In this document: in pieces, positions 9,801 through 20,561 of the stretch
How the letters are laid out: every line of letters starts with the position of its first letter
How positions within the stretch are numbered: position 1 is the stretch's first letter
From: an uncultured Methanosarcinales archaeon
GTDB lineage: Archaea > Nanobdellota > Nanobdellia > Woesearchaeales > JACPBV01
DNA length: 62,795 bases
NCBI GenBank assembly: GCA_964577685.1
Contig: CAZNZT010000009.1
Location: 1 to 62,795 of the forward strand
Direction: 5' to 3'
Notes under the pieces: model-generated
The model's database searches: none
Seen by the model: only the letters and a program-made list of their open reading frames with translations
Told to the model about the DNA's origin: nothing
Translations under genes and position numbers: made by a program

Positions 9801-11709
9801 GCCAGCGAGAGTATTTCACACAATAGTGATTTTGCCAGAAAACAAAGTAGATGATGTAATAAATCATCTTTTCGAATTGGGTTTGTGTGAGTTAAAAAAC
9901 TCAGAATTGGATCTGTGTTCTAAGTATTCGTATGATGTGGTGAAGAAGCTTGATGATATGCAAACAAGATTTAGTTTTGTTTTAGATTCCATTGATAAAT
10001 ACAAAAAGACTACTAGAGCAGAGAGGAAAATTAAATCAATTTTATTCCCAGAGCCAATTAAGAAACATAAAAGTCTAATCTATTCTGCTGATGAATTGAT
10101 TGACGAAGTGGAGTACCATCTTAGTGTTGTAGAACCCAAAGTGACTGAAAAGTTGAATATGTTAGTTAAGATTCAGGAAGAAATTGAACAAAATCAGTTT
10201 ATCATTTCTAATCTAAAGTTGATACCAAATATTGAAACATATTATTTTGAACCTTCTGAAATAATAAAAACACATATTGGTATTCTGAGTAAATCCTCCC
10301 TAGAGAAGATAAAGGAGAAAATAGGAGATAGAGCTATTATTTGCTTTGAAGAGCAGCACAAAAATTTATGTTTTGTAATTGTTTTTTCCTCTTATAGAGA
10401 TTATAACATCGTGGATAGATGTTTACATGAGTTTGGTTTTGAAGTGTTAGATATACCCTATGAAAAGAAAAAACCTTCAGATATAATAAGGGAATTGGAA
10501 ACAAGGATTGATAAGCTTAATACAAAAAAAATGAGAATAGAGTCTTTTTTGGAGAAATTAGAGAGAATTTATGGGAAAAAATTAGCTATTTTAAAAGAGG
10601 AGCTTGATATTGCAAAAGAAAAGCTTTTAGCTTTGAATTATTTTAAGACAACCAAGGCATTTTCTGTTTTTGAAGCTTGGGTTCCAGAAAAAGACTTAAA
10701 TAAATTCCATAAAGTAATAAAAGAAACTTCAAGGTACTATTATATTGAAATAAGTGAGAGAGATGATGCTCCTACCCTCTTTAAAAATCCAAAATTAGTA
10801 AAACCATTTGAGATGATAACAGAGTTATATGGTCCCCCAAAATATAAGAAGCTTGATCCAACACCAATACTTGCTGTTACATTTACAATATTCTTTGGCT
10901 TTATGCTCACAGATGTTGCTTATGGTTTATTGCTCATACTGGTGGCTATTCTGCTTTATAAGGGTATCGGAAGAATAAATACTACTATGAAAAACTTTTC
11001 TGTTATATTAATGTTTTTTGGCGTATCTACCATTCTCATTGGTGCAATATTTGGTTCCTACTTTGGGAACTTTTTTCAAGAGATTGGCCTTAAGTTACCG
11101 GTACCAATAGATGCAATGCGTCAGGCGATGTTAACCCTATCAATTGCTCTTGGACTTGGTTCTTTACATCTTATTATTGGACTTGTTACAGGTCTCTATG
11201 AGAATTTTAAGGATAGAAATATAAGAGATGGATTGGCTAAACAAGGTGTCTGGTTGGCTTTTATGTTATCTTTATTTTTGTTTTTATTTAAATTAAACGG
11301 TATTGGTCTTGTATTTTTAGCTTTGGCTATAATAATGCAGTTATTTTTTAATTATCTTGATGGGGGAGTAGTCTCTTCTTTTCTGTCAATATTCGGGTTT
11401 AGTGGCTTTCTTGGTGATTTGTTTTCTTATGCTAGGCTTATGGCCCTAGGTATAGGTACTTCTGGTATAGCTCTGGCTGTCAATTTTATGGTCTTTATGG
11501 TAATAGACCTCATTCCTGTTGTTGGACTACCTATTGGAATAGTTATATTTATCTTTGGACATATTTTTAATATGGCTATGAATGGTTTGGGTGCCTTTGT
11601 TCATTCAACGAGACTTCATTTTTTAGAATTTTTTACAAAATTTTATGAAGGAGGTGGTAAAACATACAAGCCATTTTTGGCTGAAAGGGAATATACTTTA
11701 GTTAAATAG
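9793..11709 (+). CDS. atpI: A/V-type ATP synthase subunit I (a)
   Basis: WVPE, DPTP, FFGFMLTD.AYG, SYARLMAL, RLHFLEFFTKFYEGGG. Confidence 0.95.
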   Translation: MFRPARVFHTIVILPENKVDDVINHLFELGLCELKNSELDLCSKYSYDVVKKLDDMQTRFSFVLDSIDKYKKTTRAERKIKSILFPEPIKKHKSLIYSADELIDEVEYHLSVVEPKVTEKLNMLVKIQEEIEQNQFIISNLKLIPNIETYYFEPSEIIKTHIGILSKSSLEKIKEKIGDRAIICFEEQHKNLCFVIVFSSYRDYNIVDRCLHEFGFEVLDIPYEKKKPSDIIRELETRIDKLNTKKMRIESFLEKLERIYGKKLAILKEELDIAKEKLLALNYFKTTKAFSVFEAWVPEKDLNKFHKVIKETSRYYYIEISERDDAPTLFKNPKLVKPFEMITELYGPPKYKKLDPTPILAVTFTIFFGFMLTDVAYGLLLILVAILLYKGIGRINTTMKNFSVILMFFGVSTILIGAIFGSYFGNFFQEIGLKLPVPIDAMRQAMLTLSIALGLGSLHLIIGLVTGLYENFKDRNIRDGLAKQGVWLAFMLSLFLFLFKLNGIGLVFLALAIIMQLFFNYLDGGVVSSFLSIFGFSGFLGDLFSYARLMALGIGTSGIALAVNFMVFMVIDLIPVVGLPIGIVIFIFGHIFNMAMNGLGAFVHSTRLHFLEFFTKFYEGGGKTYKPFLAEREYTLVK

Positions 11710-11725
11710 AAAGGAGGTTATAAAA

Positions 11726-12211
11726 ATGGTTGTTACACTAGGAACTGTTTTTGCTGTAAGTGGAGCAGCTATTGCTTTAGGTGTTGCTGGTCTAAGTACA
11801 GCCTTTGGTGTAAAGGCTGCTGGTGTAACAGGAGCAGGAGCGGTAGCAGAGAAGAAGGAACACTTCAAGAATGCATTAATCCTTCAAGCATTACCACAGA
11901 CACAGACAGTATATGCTTTTATTACAGCGTTACTAATACTAATGGGTGCAGGGCTCTTGGGTGGTGGTGCTAAAGAACTATCAATGGCTCAGGGATTAAC
12001 GATGTTTGGAGCTGGGGCACTAGTTGGGATAACAGGAATATCGGCTATAATGCAGGGCCTTGTTTCTGCTTCAGGTATAGTGAGTTGCACAAAGAATCCA
12101 GATGCGTTTGCACCAAGTTTGGTTTTTAGTGGCCAATGTGAAACACCGGCTATCTTTGGTTTTATAGCATCTCTAATACTACTAGTTGTTGGGTTGGGAG
12201 TGCTAGGATAA
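11726..12211 (+). CDS. atpK: A/V-type ATP synthase subunit K (c), duplicated 4-TM proteolipid
   Basis: 161 aa hydrophobic; LPQTQTVY in hairpin 1, CETPAIFG in hairpin 2; GGAGG RBS. Confidence 0.93.
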   Translation: MVVTLGTVFAVSGAAIALGVAGLSTAFGVKAAGVTGAGAVAEKKEHFKNALILQALPQTQTVYAFITALLILMGAGLLGGGAKELSMAQGLTMFGAGALVGITGISAIMQGLVSASGIVSCTKNPDAFAPSLVFSGQCETPAIFGFIASLILLVVGLGVLG

Positions 12212-12249
12212 AAGAGTACTTTTTATTTCCATTTTTCAAGGAAAGCAAA

Positions 12250-12786
12250 ATGGAGATTTTTGGTAATGCTGAATATATAAAGAAAGTTATTGAAGAGAGA
12301 TACAATCTGAAGATTAAAGAGTTGGAAAAGGAGAGGGATAAGAGTTTAGAAGAGTTAAGAATAAAATTTGAAAATGAAATTAAATTACTTAGAATTCAGA
12401 TGAAAAATAAAAAGGAGACCGAGGTAAAGAAGGTCTATTCTATGATATTTAATGAAGAGAAGTTAAAGGCAAAAAAAGAGTTTGAAGAGAAGAGGAATTC
12501 GTTAATAGAGTCTGTATTCAAAGAAGCAAAGAAGAGAGCAAAAGATTTTGTTCATAGTAAAGCATATATAGAGTATATTAAGAAAAATATGCCAAAAGAG
12601 AAAGTAGAGATTATTGGAGATAGCGATTATTATAGGAAATTCTTTCCAAAATTGAAGATTGATAAGAGTCTTATTGGAATTATTTTTAAAAGTAAAAATA
12701 TTGTATATGATTTTACTTTGGATAATATAATCAATTCAAAAAAAGATATACTAAGACACGAACTAAGTAAGATCTTATTTGGTTAA
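12250..12786 (+). CDS. atpE: A/V-type ATP synthase subunit E
   Basis: Coiled-coil N-terminus, IG-II...YDFT C-terminal domain, operon position. Confidence 0.8.
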   Translation: MEIFGNAEYIKKVIEERYNLKIKELEKERDKSLEELRIKFENEIKLLRIQMKNKKETEVKKVYSMIFNEEKLKAKKEFEEKRNSLIESVFKEAKKRAKDFVHSKAYIEYIKKNMPKEKVEIIGDSDYYRKFFPKLKIDKSLIGIIFKSKNIVYDFTLDNIINSKKDILRHELSKILFG

Positions 12787-12787
12787 A

Positions 12788-13951
12788 ATGGTGAATGATA
12801 CTATGTTAAATATTACAGAATCAATAGGAGTTGTTAAACCCCAGTCTTTAGTTTCCGCTTTAGATCCATTTTTATTGACCTTTTTGTTTATTATTGTTTT
12901 AGTTGTAGTTGTCTTAGTTTTTGTTTTTAGGAAGGTGGCACCTATAAGCCATTTTCTTTATGCTGATGCAAGAGTTCATGCAAGGACAAAATTTATGGTT
13001 TCTGACTCTTTATTGCAGGAACTAACAGAAGCAAAATCATTAAATGAATTTAGGTCTTTGTTAAGAGAAACCTCTTATGCAGAGAAACTTGAAAGTGCCG
13101 ATGAGAATCTGAAGTCTTTTCATCTTGCGTTAGAGCAATCACTTGTAGAATCTTTGTTAGAATTGTTGGAATTAAGTCCGAAGAAAGCAAAACCACTATT
13201 AGGAGCTTACCTTATGTTTTTTGAATCAAAAATATTGAAGCTATTTTATAGAGCAAGATTTGTTGGAGCCGGTGTAGATAGCGATATTGTTTTCCCTATC
13301 GGTAATATAAATAATATTTTGTTGAAACATTTGCTTGAGACAAAGACTATAAAAGACATAGCAATAGTTATGGACGGAACGATTTATTCTCAAGTGTTTA
13401 AAAAGGAATACAAAAGTTTAGAAGAATTTGAGGTTACACTTGAACAATTTGTTTTTAATAATTTTGTAGAAACAATTAGGAAAACTAGGATGTATGACGG
13501 AATTTTTATAATTGATATAATGAATAAAAAAATAGATATAGCCAATATACTTGCTTTGTTAAGATTTAGGATTAGGAATATAGAAAAAGAAAGACAAAAA
13601 AGCCTATTGGTTTATAATAATTCAGAGCTTTGCTTGAAGTTTAACGAGTTAATAGGTTCAAAGGATATCAAGGAATTTGTAAATAGGTTGAAAGGTCTTC
13701 CTTATTATGATTCTATGGTTAGGGCTTATGAAAAATATGAAAAAGATAAGAATCTTGTTAACTTTGAGACAGAGCTTTTTAGATATTTCAAGAGTTTTAT
13801 TATAGAGAATGAGTTAGGCCACACTCTTGGACCATATCCTTTGTTTTCCTATTTAATTAAGAAAGAGTTAGAGCTTAGAAATCTTTTTGTTATCAGTAGG
13901 GGAATAGATGCTAAGTTTGATGCTGAAAAAATTAGGGAGTTGATAGTATGA
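12788..13951 (+). CDS. atpC: A/V-type ATP synthase subunit C with N-terminal TM helix
   Basis: YADARVHA, KIDIANI, KELELRNLFVISRG motifs; operon position. Confidence 0.85.
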   Translation: MVNDTMLNITESIGVVKPQSLVSALDPFLLTFLFIIVLVVVVLVFVFRKVAPISHFLYADARVHARTKFMVSDSLLQELTEAKSLNEFRSLLRETSYAEKLESADENLKSFHLALEQSLVESLLELLELSPKKAKPLLGAYLMFFESKILKLFYRARFVGAGVDSDIVFPIGNINNILLKHLLETKTIKDIAIVMDGTIYSQVFKKEYKSLEEFEVTLEQFVFNNFVETIRKTRMYDGIFIIDIMNKKIDIANILALLRFRIRNIEKERQKSLLVYNNSELCLKFNELIGSKDIKEFVNRLKGLPYYDSMVRAYEKYEKDKNLVNFETELFRYFKSFIIENELGHTLGPYPLFSYLIKKELELRNLFVISRGIDAKFDAEKIRELIV

Positions 13952-14226
13952 TTATCCTTGGAAATCCAGAATTTGCAGTTGGGATGAGATTGGCTGGAGT
14001 AAAGAATAGTTATGTGATTAGAAATAGAGAAGAGGCTTTGGAAATACTTAAAAGAATAGATAAGAATGACTTTATTATAGCGAATCTTAGTGTTATAGAA
14101 CTTGTTCCTGAGCTTATGGAGTTCAGAAATGTGGTGTCAGTGCCAGATAATGTTAGAGAGTTTTTTAAAACTGATGATTTAACTGATATAATCAAGTCAG
14201 CTGTTGGTATTGAGCTTAATGTGTGA
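13948..14226 (+). CDS. atpF: A/V-type ATP synthase subunit F
   Basis: ILG...AVGMRLAGV...IKSAVG. Confidence 0.88.
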   Translation: MIILGNPEFAVGMRLAGVKNSYVIRNREEALEILKRIDKNDFIIANLSVIELVPELMEFRNVVSVPDNVREFFKTDDLTDIIKSAVGIELNV

Positions 14227-14231
14227 TAAGA

Positions 14232-15995
14232 ATGGGAAAAATAATTAGGATTGCTGGACCTGTGGTAGTAGCAGATAATATGAAGGGTTCTAGGATGTAT
14301 GATGTTGTTAGAGTGGGTGAAGAGAATCTTATAGGGGAGATTATACAACTGAATGAAGATAGAGCAACAATACAAGTATATGAAGATACAACTGGGCTAA
14401 GGCCTGGTGAGAAAGTTATATCAACAGGGGCCCCTTTAAGTATAGAATTGGGTCCAGGTTTGTTGAGTAGCATTTATGATGGGATTGCAAGGCCTTTGCC
14501 TAAATTAGCAGAGATCTCAGGAGACTTCATTAGCAGAGGACTTGAGGCTTCTTCCTTAGATAGAAAAAAAAGATACGATTTTATAGCAAATGTAAAACTA
14601 GGACAAAAAGTTACGGGTGGGCAGATATTGGGTGAGGTAAAAGAAACAGAACTCGTTGAGCATTATATTTTGCTTCCACCTAATATCTCTGGCAAGATTA
14701 TTGAAGTCAATGATGGTAAGAAGGGAGTTGAAGATGTTATAGTTTCCATAGAAACAAAAAATGGAAAAAAAGAGATTTCTATGTATCAGAAGTGGCCTGT
14801 TAGATTGGCTAGGCCATTTAAGGAGAAACTTGAGCCAAATATTCCTTTGATTACAGGACAGAGAGTTTTTGATACTTTTTTTCCAATAGCCAAAGGTGGA
14901 ACGGCAGCGATTCCAGGACCATTCGGAGCTGGAAAGACTGTTACTCAGCAGACACTTGCAAAATGGGTTGATGCTCGTGTTATTGTTTATATCGGTTGTG
15001 GGGAGAGAGGTAATGAGATGACAGAGGTTTTGGACGAGTTTCCAAGGCTTGTTGATCCCAAATCTAATAGGCCCTTAATAGAGCGTACTGTCTTGATAGC
15101 AAATACATCAAATATGCCAGTGGCTGCGAGGGAGGCTTCAATATATACTGGAGTGACCATAGCTGAATATTTTAGAGATATGGGTTATGATGTCGCATTG
15201 ATGGCGGATTCAACTTCAAGGTGGGCAGAAGCAATGAGGGAAATTTCATCAAGATTAGAAGAAATGCCTGGAGAAGAGGGCTATCCTGCATATCTTGCTT
15301 CAAGGTTAGCTCAGTTTTATGAGAGAGCTGGAAGGGTTACTACTCTTAGCGGAAAGGATGGTTCTGTTTCTATTATTGGAGCTGTGTCTCCTCCTGGTGG
15401 GGATTTTTCAGAGCCGGTCACACAGAATACACTTAGGATAACAAAGGTATTTTGGGCTTTAGATGCGCCATTGGCATATAGGAGGCATTTTCCAGCAATA
15501 AATTGGCTGACCTCTTATTCATTGTATGTTAATAGGCTTTCAGATTATTTTGATGGTGTTGTAAAAGGATTTTCTAGGTTGAGGACTAGGGCCATGGGTA
15601 TTTTACAAAAGGAAGCAGAACTAAAGGAAATTGTACAACTTGTTGGTCCTGATGCTTTGCCTGAAGAAGATAAGCTAACTTTGGATACAGCAAAATCATT
15701 AAGGGAGGATTATCTTCAACAAAATGCATACCATGAAGTTGATACTTATTGTGATATAAAGAAACAGTTTTTTATGCTGAAGACAATTTTGAGTTTTCAT
15801 GATTTTGCCTTAAGTGCTGTTAAAATGGGAGTAAAAGCATCAAAGATAATCTCTTTAGGGGTGAAGGAGAGGGTAGCTAGGATGAAATATCTTAAAGAAG
15901 TCAAAAAAGAGTCTGAAGAAATTTTAAATGAAGCAAATATGCTTATTAACAAGCTTAAAGATAGCTTGTCTATTCTACAAGGAGGAGAGAGTTAG
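14232..15995 (+). CDS. atpA: A/V-type ATP synthase subunit A
   Basis: GPFGAGKT P-loop, [21 protein letters not shown]; no intein. Confidence 0.97.
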   Translation: MGKIIRIAGPVVVADNMKGSRMYDVVRVGEENLIGEIIQLNEDRATIQVYEDTTGLRPGEKVISTGAPLSIELGPGLLSSIYDGIARPLPKLAEISGDFISRGLEASSLDRKKRYDFIANVKLGQKVTGGQILGEVKETELVEHYILLPPNISGKIIEVNDGKKGVEDVIVSIETKNGKKEISMYQKWPVRLARPFKEKLEPNIPLITGQRVFDTFFPIAKGGTAAIPGPFGAGKTVTQQTLAKWVDARVIVYIGCGERGNEMTEVLDEFPRLVDPKSNRPLIERTVLIANTSNMPVAAREASIYTGVTIAEYFRDMGYDVALMADSTSRWAEAMREISSRLEEMPGEEGYPAYLASRLAQFYERAGRVTTLSGKDGSVSIIGAVSPPGGDFSEPVTQNTLRITKVFWALDAPLAYRRHFPAINWLTSYSLYVNRLSDYFDGVVKGFSRLRTRAMGILQKEAELKEIVQLVGPDALPEEDKLTLDTAKSLREDYLQQNAYHEVDTYCDIKKQFFMLKTILSFHDFALSAVKMGVKASKIISLGVKERVARMKYLKEVKKESEEILNEANMLINKLKDSLSILQGGES

Positions 15996-15996
15996 A

Positions 15997-17367
15997 ATGT
16001 TAAAGGAATATACTTCAGTATCTGAAGTTACAGGTCCTTTGATGATAGTTGAGAATGTTGAAGGGGTAGCATATGGAGAACTAGTTGAAGTTAGCACAGC
16101 TACAGGAGAGAAGAGGGTAGGTCAGGTCTTAGAAGTTAGGGAAGATAAGGTCATTGTACAATTGTTCCAAGGGACTGCAGGGATTGACACTAAATCTACC
16201 CGGGTTAGATTTATTGGAGAAACGATGAAAATAGGTGTTAGTGAGGAAATGTTGGGTAGAATATTTGACGGATTGGGAAGACCAATTGATGGATTGCCTG
16301 AGGTAATAGCTGAAAAAAGGCTTGATGTGAATGGCAGTGCAATTAATCCATATAGAAGAATGCATCCTGCTGAATTTATTCAGACAGGGATATCTACAAT
16401 AGACATGAATAATACACTTGTTAGGGGCCAAAAGTTACCGATATTTTCAGGTTCTGGATTGCCCCACAATCAGCTTGCAGCACAGATAGCAAGGCAGGCA
16501 GTTGTTAGGGGTAAAAAAGAAAAATTTGCGGTTGTATTTGCAGCAATGGGGATTACGAATGAAGAGGCATTGTTTTTCAGAAAAGAGTTTGAGCATACTG
16601 GTAGTCTAGGCAATGTGGTTATGATATTAAACCTTGCTAATGATCCTGCTATTGAGAGGATTATAACTCCAAGAATAGCATTGACTATCTCAGAGTATTT
16701 AGCTTATGAAAAAGACATGCATGTTTTGACTATACTTACAGATATGACAAATTACTGTGAAGCCCTGAGAGAAATATCAGCAGCTCGTTCTGAGGTTCCA
16801 GGAAGAAGAGGGTATCCTGGTTATATGTATACTGATTTGGCAACAATATACGAGAGGGCAGGACGAATAAAAGGAAGAAAAGGCAGTCTTACCCAGATGC
16901 CAATTCTCACAATGCCTGATGATGATATAACTCATCCTATTGCTGATTTGACTGGTTATATCACAGAAGGCCAGTTTGTGTTGAGTAGGGATATACACAG
17001 AAAAGGGATTTACCCTCCTGTTGATATTCTGCCGTCTTTGTCAAGATTAATGAAAAATGGGATAGGTCCAGGAAAGACAAGAGAAGACCATGCTAATGTT
17101 TCAGACCAATTGTATGCAGCATATGCTCATGGTAGGGAATTAAGAGACCTTGTTGCAGTTATAGGTAAGGAATCCTTATCAGAGATTGATATTAAATATT
17201 TGGAGTTTGCAGATAAGTTTGAGAGATTTTTTGTTAACCAAGGATATGAGGAAAACAGAACCATTGAAGAAACATTAAAATTAGCTTGGGGTTTATTATC
17301 TATGTTGCCGAAATCAGAGCTAAAGAGGATAAAGAAAGAGTTTATTGATAAATATTATGGAAAATAA
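15997..17367 (+). CDS. atpB: A/V-type ATP synthase subunit B
   Basis: [34 protein letters not shown] 15997 after GGAGG. Confidence 0.97.
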   Translation: MLKEYTSVSEVTGPLMIVENVEGVAYGELVEVSTATGEKRVGQVLEVREDKVIVQLFQGTAGIDTKSTRVRFIGETMKIGVSEEMLGRIFDGLGRPIDGLPEVIAEKRLDVNGSAINPYRRMHPAEFIQTGISTIDMNNTLVRGQKLPIFSGSGLPHNQLAAQIARQAVVRGKKEKFAVVFAAMGITNEEALFFRKEFEHTGSLGNVVMILNLANDPAIERIITPRIALTISEYLAYEKDMHVLTILTDMTNYCEALREISAARSEVPGRRGYPGYMYTDLATIYERAGRIKGRKGSLTQMPILTMPDDDITHPIADLTGYITEGQFVLSRDIHRKGIYPPVDILPSLSRLMKNGIGPGKTREDHANVSDQLYAAYAHGRELRDLVAVIGKESLSEIDIKYLEFADKFERFFVNQGYEENRTIEETLKLAWGLLSMLPKSELKRIKKEFIDKYYGK

Positions 17368-17385
17368 ATTTTTGTTTTGAATAAA

Positions 17386-17994
17386 ATGCCAAGTATTAAG
17401 CCAACTCGGATGGAGCTTCTCTTAGTTAGAAAAAAATTAAAGCTAGCTGAAAAGGGTTATAAGCTTTTAAAGCAAAAGAGAGATGTTTTGATTCTTGAGT
17501 TTTTTCAGGTTTTAAAGGATATCAAAAAATTAAGAGAATTGATTACTGAGAAGTTTGTTAGGGCTCAGGGTTCTTTGTATAATGCGGAGGCGATAGAAGG
17601 TGAGCTGAATATAGAAAGAATCGCTCTTGGCTTATCTTCCGGGACATCTATTAAGATGTCTTCTAGGAGCATAATGGGGGTTGAGATACCTGTTGTAGAA
17701 GAGATCAAAACAGAATATCAATGGTCAGGTTATTTTGGACAGACATTGGAGTTGGACTATGCAGTTAAGCAATATAGGGAGCTTTTTCCTGATTTAATAA
17801 AGTTAGCTGAAAAACAATTGATATTGAAACGCTTAGCAGAAGAAATAAAAAAAACAAAGAGGAGGGTTAATTCTTTAGAGTATATTACTATCCCAAAATT
17901 AGGAGAAGTTAAAAATATCATAACATTTAAGCTTGAGGAGTTAGAAAGAGAGAATTTTATAAGGTTAAAAAAAATAAAGAAAACAAAAACATGA
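17386..17994 (+). CDS. atpD: A/V-type ATP synthase subunit D
   Basis: PTRMEL, GYKLLKQKRD, IMGVEIP, KTKRRVNSLE, LEELERENF. Confidence 0.95.
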   Translation: MPSIKPTRMELLLVRKKLKLAEKGYKLLKQKRDVLILEFFQVLKDIKKLRELITEKFVRAQGSLYNAEAIEGELNIERIALGLSSGTSIKMSSRSIMGVEIPVVEEIKTEYQWSGYFGQTLELDYAVKQYRELFPDLIKLAEKQLILKRLAEEIKKTKRRVNSLEYITIPKLGEVKNIITFKLEELERENFIRLKKIKKTKT

Positions 17995-18128
17995 ACAGGA
18001 AGCAAAAACAAGAAGCCGAACTTAGGGCTAGGTTTTTTCTCATTCTTACCTTTGCAAGAATAGTAGCAGAGCTGACTATAATAATTGGATTTCTTGTTAT
18101 TCTTTATCTTATACTCTTTTGGAAGTAG
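17991..18128 (+). CDS. 45-aa small membrane protein MNRKQKQEAELRARFFLILTFARIVAELTIIIGFLVILYLILFWK (not in ORF track)
   Basis: Manual translation; ATGA overlap with the atpD stop; long hydrophobic C-terminal segment. Confidence 0.65.
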   Translation: MNRKQKQEAELRARFFLILTFARIVAELTIIIGFLVILYLILFWK

Positions 18129-18202
18129 TTTTTTATTACTTGTGTTATTGGGAGTGGTGTTCTAACGAAAGATTTATATTATCCTGTAAAATTTTGCCAA
18201 CT

Positions 18203-18784
18203 ATGAGGGTTGGGGTTTTAGCGTTGCAAGGTTCTTTTAAAGATCATCTTAAGATGTTAGACAGATTAGATGTAGATGCAACACTTGTTAGATTGCCTAG
18301 GGATTTAGATAAGGTCAACGGATTAATTATTCCTGGTGGAGAGTCCACTACAATAGGCAGACTTATCGTACGTTATGGTCTTGACAAGGTGATTAAGTTT
18401 AGATGTAACAGAGGAATGCCAATCTATGGTACTTGTGCAGGTGCTATATTGCTTGCAAGGGAGATTGTTAATAGTAGGCAACCGAGACTTGCTCTAATGG
18501 ACATTTCTGTTAAAAGAAATGATTATGGTCGGCAAATTGATAGTTTTGAAGTAGATTTGGATATATCTGATGGAAAGCCGTTTAGGGGTATATTTATAAG
18601 AGCACCCACTATTATATCAGTAGGTAAGCGATGTAAGGTACTATCAAGATTCCAGGATAAACCTGTCCTTGTTGAGCAAGAGAATTTATTGGCCTCTACA
18701 TTTCATCCAGAACTAGTAGGAGATACAAGAATACATAAATATTTTATTGAGATGGTAAAAAAGAATAATAAGATAGTTGTTTGA
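18203..18784 (+). CDS. pdxT: Pyridoxal 5'-phosphate synthase glutaminase subunit
   Basis: GVLALQG, PGGESTT, GTCAG, RNDYGRQ, FIRAP, FHPEL; ATG 18203. Confidence 0.96.
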   Translation: MRVGVLALQGSFKDHLKMLDRLDVDATLVRLPRDLDKVNGLIIPGGESTTIGRLIVRYGLDKVIKFRCNRGMPIYGTCAGAILLAREIVNSRQPRLALMDISVKRNDYGRQIDSFEVDLDISDGKPFRGIFIRAPTIISVGKRCKVLSRFQDKPVLVEQENLLASTFHPELVGDTRIHKYFIEMVKKNNKIVV

Positions 18785-18788
18785 TTTT

Positions 18789-19718
18789 TTAGTTTTTTTG
18801 TACTAACTCTATTGTTTTTATCAATTTACAGGTGTTACATATGCTTCCAGAGGATGGTTCTCCACAGTTCTTACATATGTTTGCTTTACCCCTGCTTTCT
18901 TTTTTTAGGATAGGTAATATTTTTAGAAATGAATTTACAATTCCACTCTTTGTGCCTACATGGTGTTTTTCAAATTCGTTTATCATATCTGCTATTTCTT
19001 TTCTGTATGATTCATCCCTACAAGGACATTTTTCATATTGAACAGGGAAGTTGTATATTTTTGAGAACAAAGTGGTTTCTTTTTCTGTACAGAAGTATAA
19101 TGGTTTAATTCTCGGAATAAAGCCTTTTTGTTTTAAGATTCCTGTTTTTGGACCAAGTCTGGCTAATACTTCTATGTTATTTTTAAAGATGTTCATGATT
19201 ATACTCTGGGCTTCATCATCAAGATTATGGCCAGTTGCAAGTTTTGTTGCTTTTAGTTCTTTTGCTTTTTTGTTTAATATGTATCTCCTAAGGATGCCAC
19301 ATATTGTACAAGATTTTATATTTTTAGAATTCTTTCTTATAACGCTTTTTAAATAGCACAAGGAATAGCCAAATTCTTCCTTAAATGATGTAAGGTGTAG
19401 AGTTATCTTGTATTCATTACAAAATTTTATTATATTTTTTTTATTTTTTTTGCTATATTCCCCTATTGATGGATCTACATGGATCGCCTCTACTTCTATC
19501 CTTGGATTGCTTTTTGTTATTTTTTTTATTAAATACAAAGCTGTTGTTGAGTCTTTACCTCCAGAGCAAGCAACAAGAATCTTTTCACTTTTGCCAATTA
19601 ATTTATTTGCTCTTATTGTTTTTCTTACTTTTCTTTCAAAGTATTTTAAAAAATGCTCTTTACAGAGTTTTTCTCCTGCTTGTAATGTAATTACTGGATG
19701 TTTTTCACAGCATTTCAT
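18789..19718 (-). CDS. TtuA/Ncs6-family tRNA 2-thiolation protein (PP-loop ATPase)
   Basis: SGGKDS, CTICGILRR, TGHNLDDE, RIKPL, CPC, terminal Zn-finger Cys pairs. Confidence 0.9.
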   Translation of the reverse strand: MKCCEKHPVITLQAGEKLCKEHFLKYFERKVRKTIRANKLIGKSEKILVACSGGKDSTTALYLIKKITKSNPRIEVEAIHVDPSIGEYSKKNKKNIIKFCNEYKITLHLTSFKEEFGYSLCYLKSVIRKNSKNIKSCTICGILRRYILNKKAKELKATKLATGHNLDDEAQSIIMNIFKNNIEVLARLGPKTGILKQKGFIPRIKPLYFCTEKETTLFSKIYNFPVQYEKCPCRDESYRKEIADMINEFEKHHVGTKSGIVNSFLKILPILKKESRGKANICKNCGEPSSGSICNTCKLIKTIELVQKN

Positions 19719-19798
19719 TTCTTATTAAAGAATAAAGGTTAATTTTTAAGCATTTCCATAACAAAAGTATTAAATATGTAATCTTTTTTTTAGTTTGT

Positions 19799-20551
19799 AT
19801 GTTTAAATCATTTTCGTTTGCTTTGGTTAGCGTTATTATTGTAAGTTTAATCTCATTGGTGGGTATATTTACAATATCTATAAGTGAGAGGAGATTAAGG
19901 AGGCTTTTGTTATTTTTAGTTAGTTTTGCAGCTGGAAGTCTATTTGGTGGTGCTTTTATCCATCTTCTCCCAGAGGTGTTTAATGAGTATGGATTTGGTT
20001 TAGATGTTTCTCTTTATTTCTTGCTTGGTATTATTTTATTCTTTATTCTTGAGAAATTCATCCATTGGAGACATTGTCATATACCAACAACAAAAAGACA
20101 TCCACATCACTTGGCTGTAATGAATATAGTCGGTGATGCATTGCATAATTTTATGGATGGTGTTGTGATAGCTGCTTCTTATTTGTCTTCTGTGAAATTA
20201 GGTATTACTACTACGACAGCTGTTATCTTACATGAAATTCCACAGGAGATAGGTGATTTTAGTGTGCTTTTGTATGCTGGATTAAGTAGGGTAAAGGCTT
20301 TGTTTTTTAATTTTCTTTCAGCTCTGTCTGCTGTTATAGGAACTATTTTAGTTTTAGTATTAGGCCAAAAAGTTGGGGATTTTTCTCTTTTTCTTTTGCC
20401 CATTACAGCAGGAGGATTTGTCTATATTGCTGGTTCTGATTTGATTCCTGAGTTACATAAAGCATGTGAGCCTGTAAGAGAAAGTATATTTCAGCTTATT
20501 TATTTTATCCTAGGTATATTAGTTATGGTTTCTCTTGTTTTTATAGAATAA
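19799..20551 (+). CDS. ZIP family metal (zinc) transporter
   Basis: HLLPE, HWRHCH, HNFMDG, HEIPQEIGDF, DLIPELH. Confidence 0.92.
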   Translation: MFKSFSFALVSVIIVSLISLVGIFTISISERRLRRLLLFLVSFAAGSLFGGAFIHLLPEVFNEYGFGLDVSLYFLLGIILFFILEKFIHWRHCHIPTTKRHPHHLAVMNIVGDALHNFMDGVVIAASYLSSVKLGITTTTAVILHEIPQEIGDFSVLLYAGLSRVKALFFNFLSALSAVIGTILVLVLGQKVGDFSLFLLPITAGGFVYIAGSDLIPELHKACEPVRESIFQLIYFILGILVMVSLVFIE

Positions 20552-20561
20552 ACAAAAAAAT

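Noticed and set aside
12788..12930. N-terminal TM helix on ATPase subunit C as a novelty
   Set aside because: Hydrophobic N-terminal extensions are already known in several euryarchaeal subunit C proteins
15928..15996. N-terminal extension of AtpB, and similar extensions of PdxT, TrpF, AccC and the activase in the ORF track
   Set aside because: Artefacts of longest-ORF calling; downstream ATGs fit family starts and, in some cases, RBS placement
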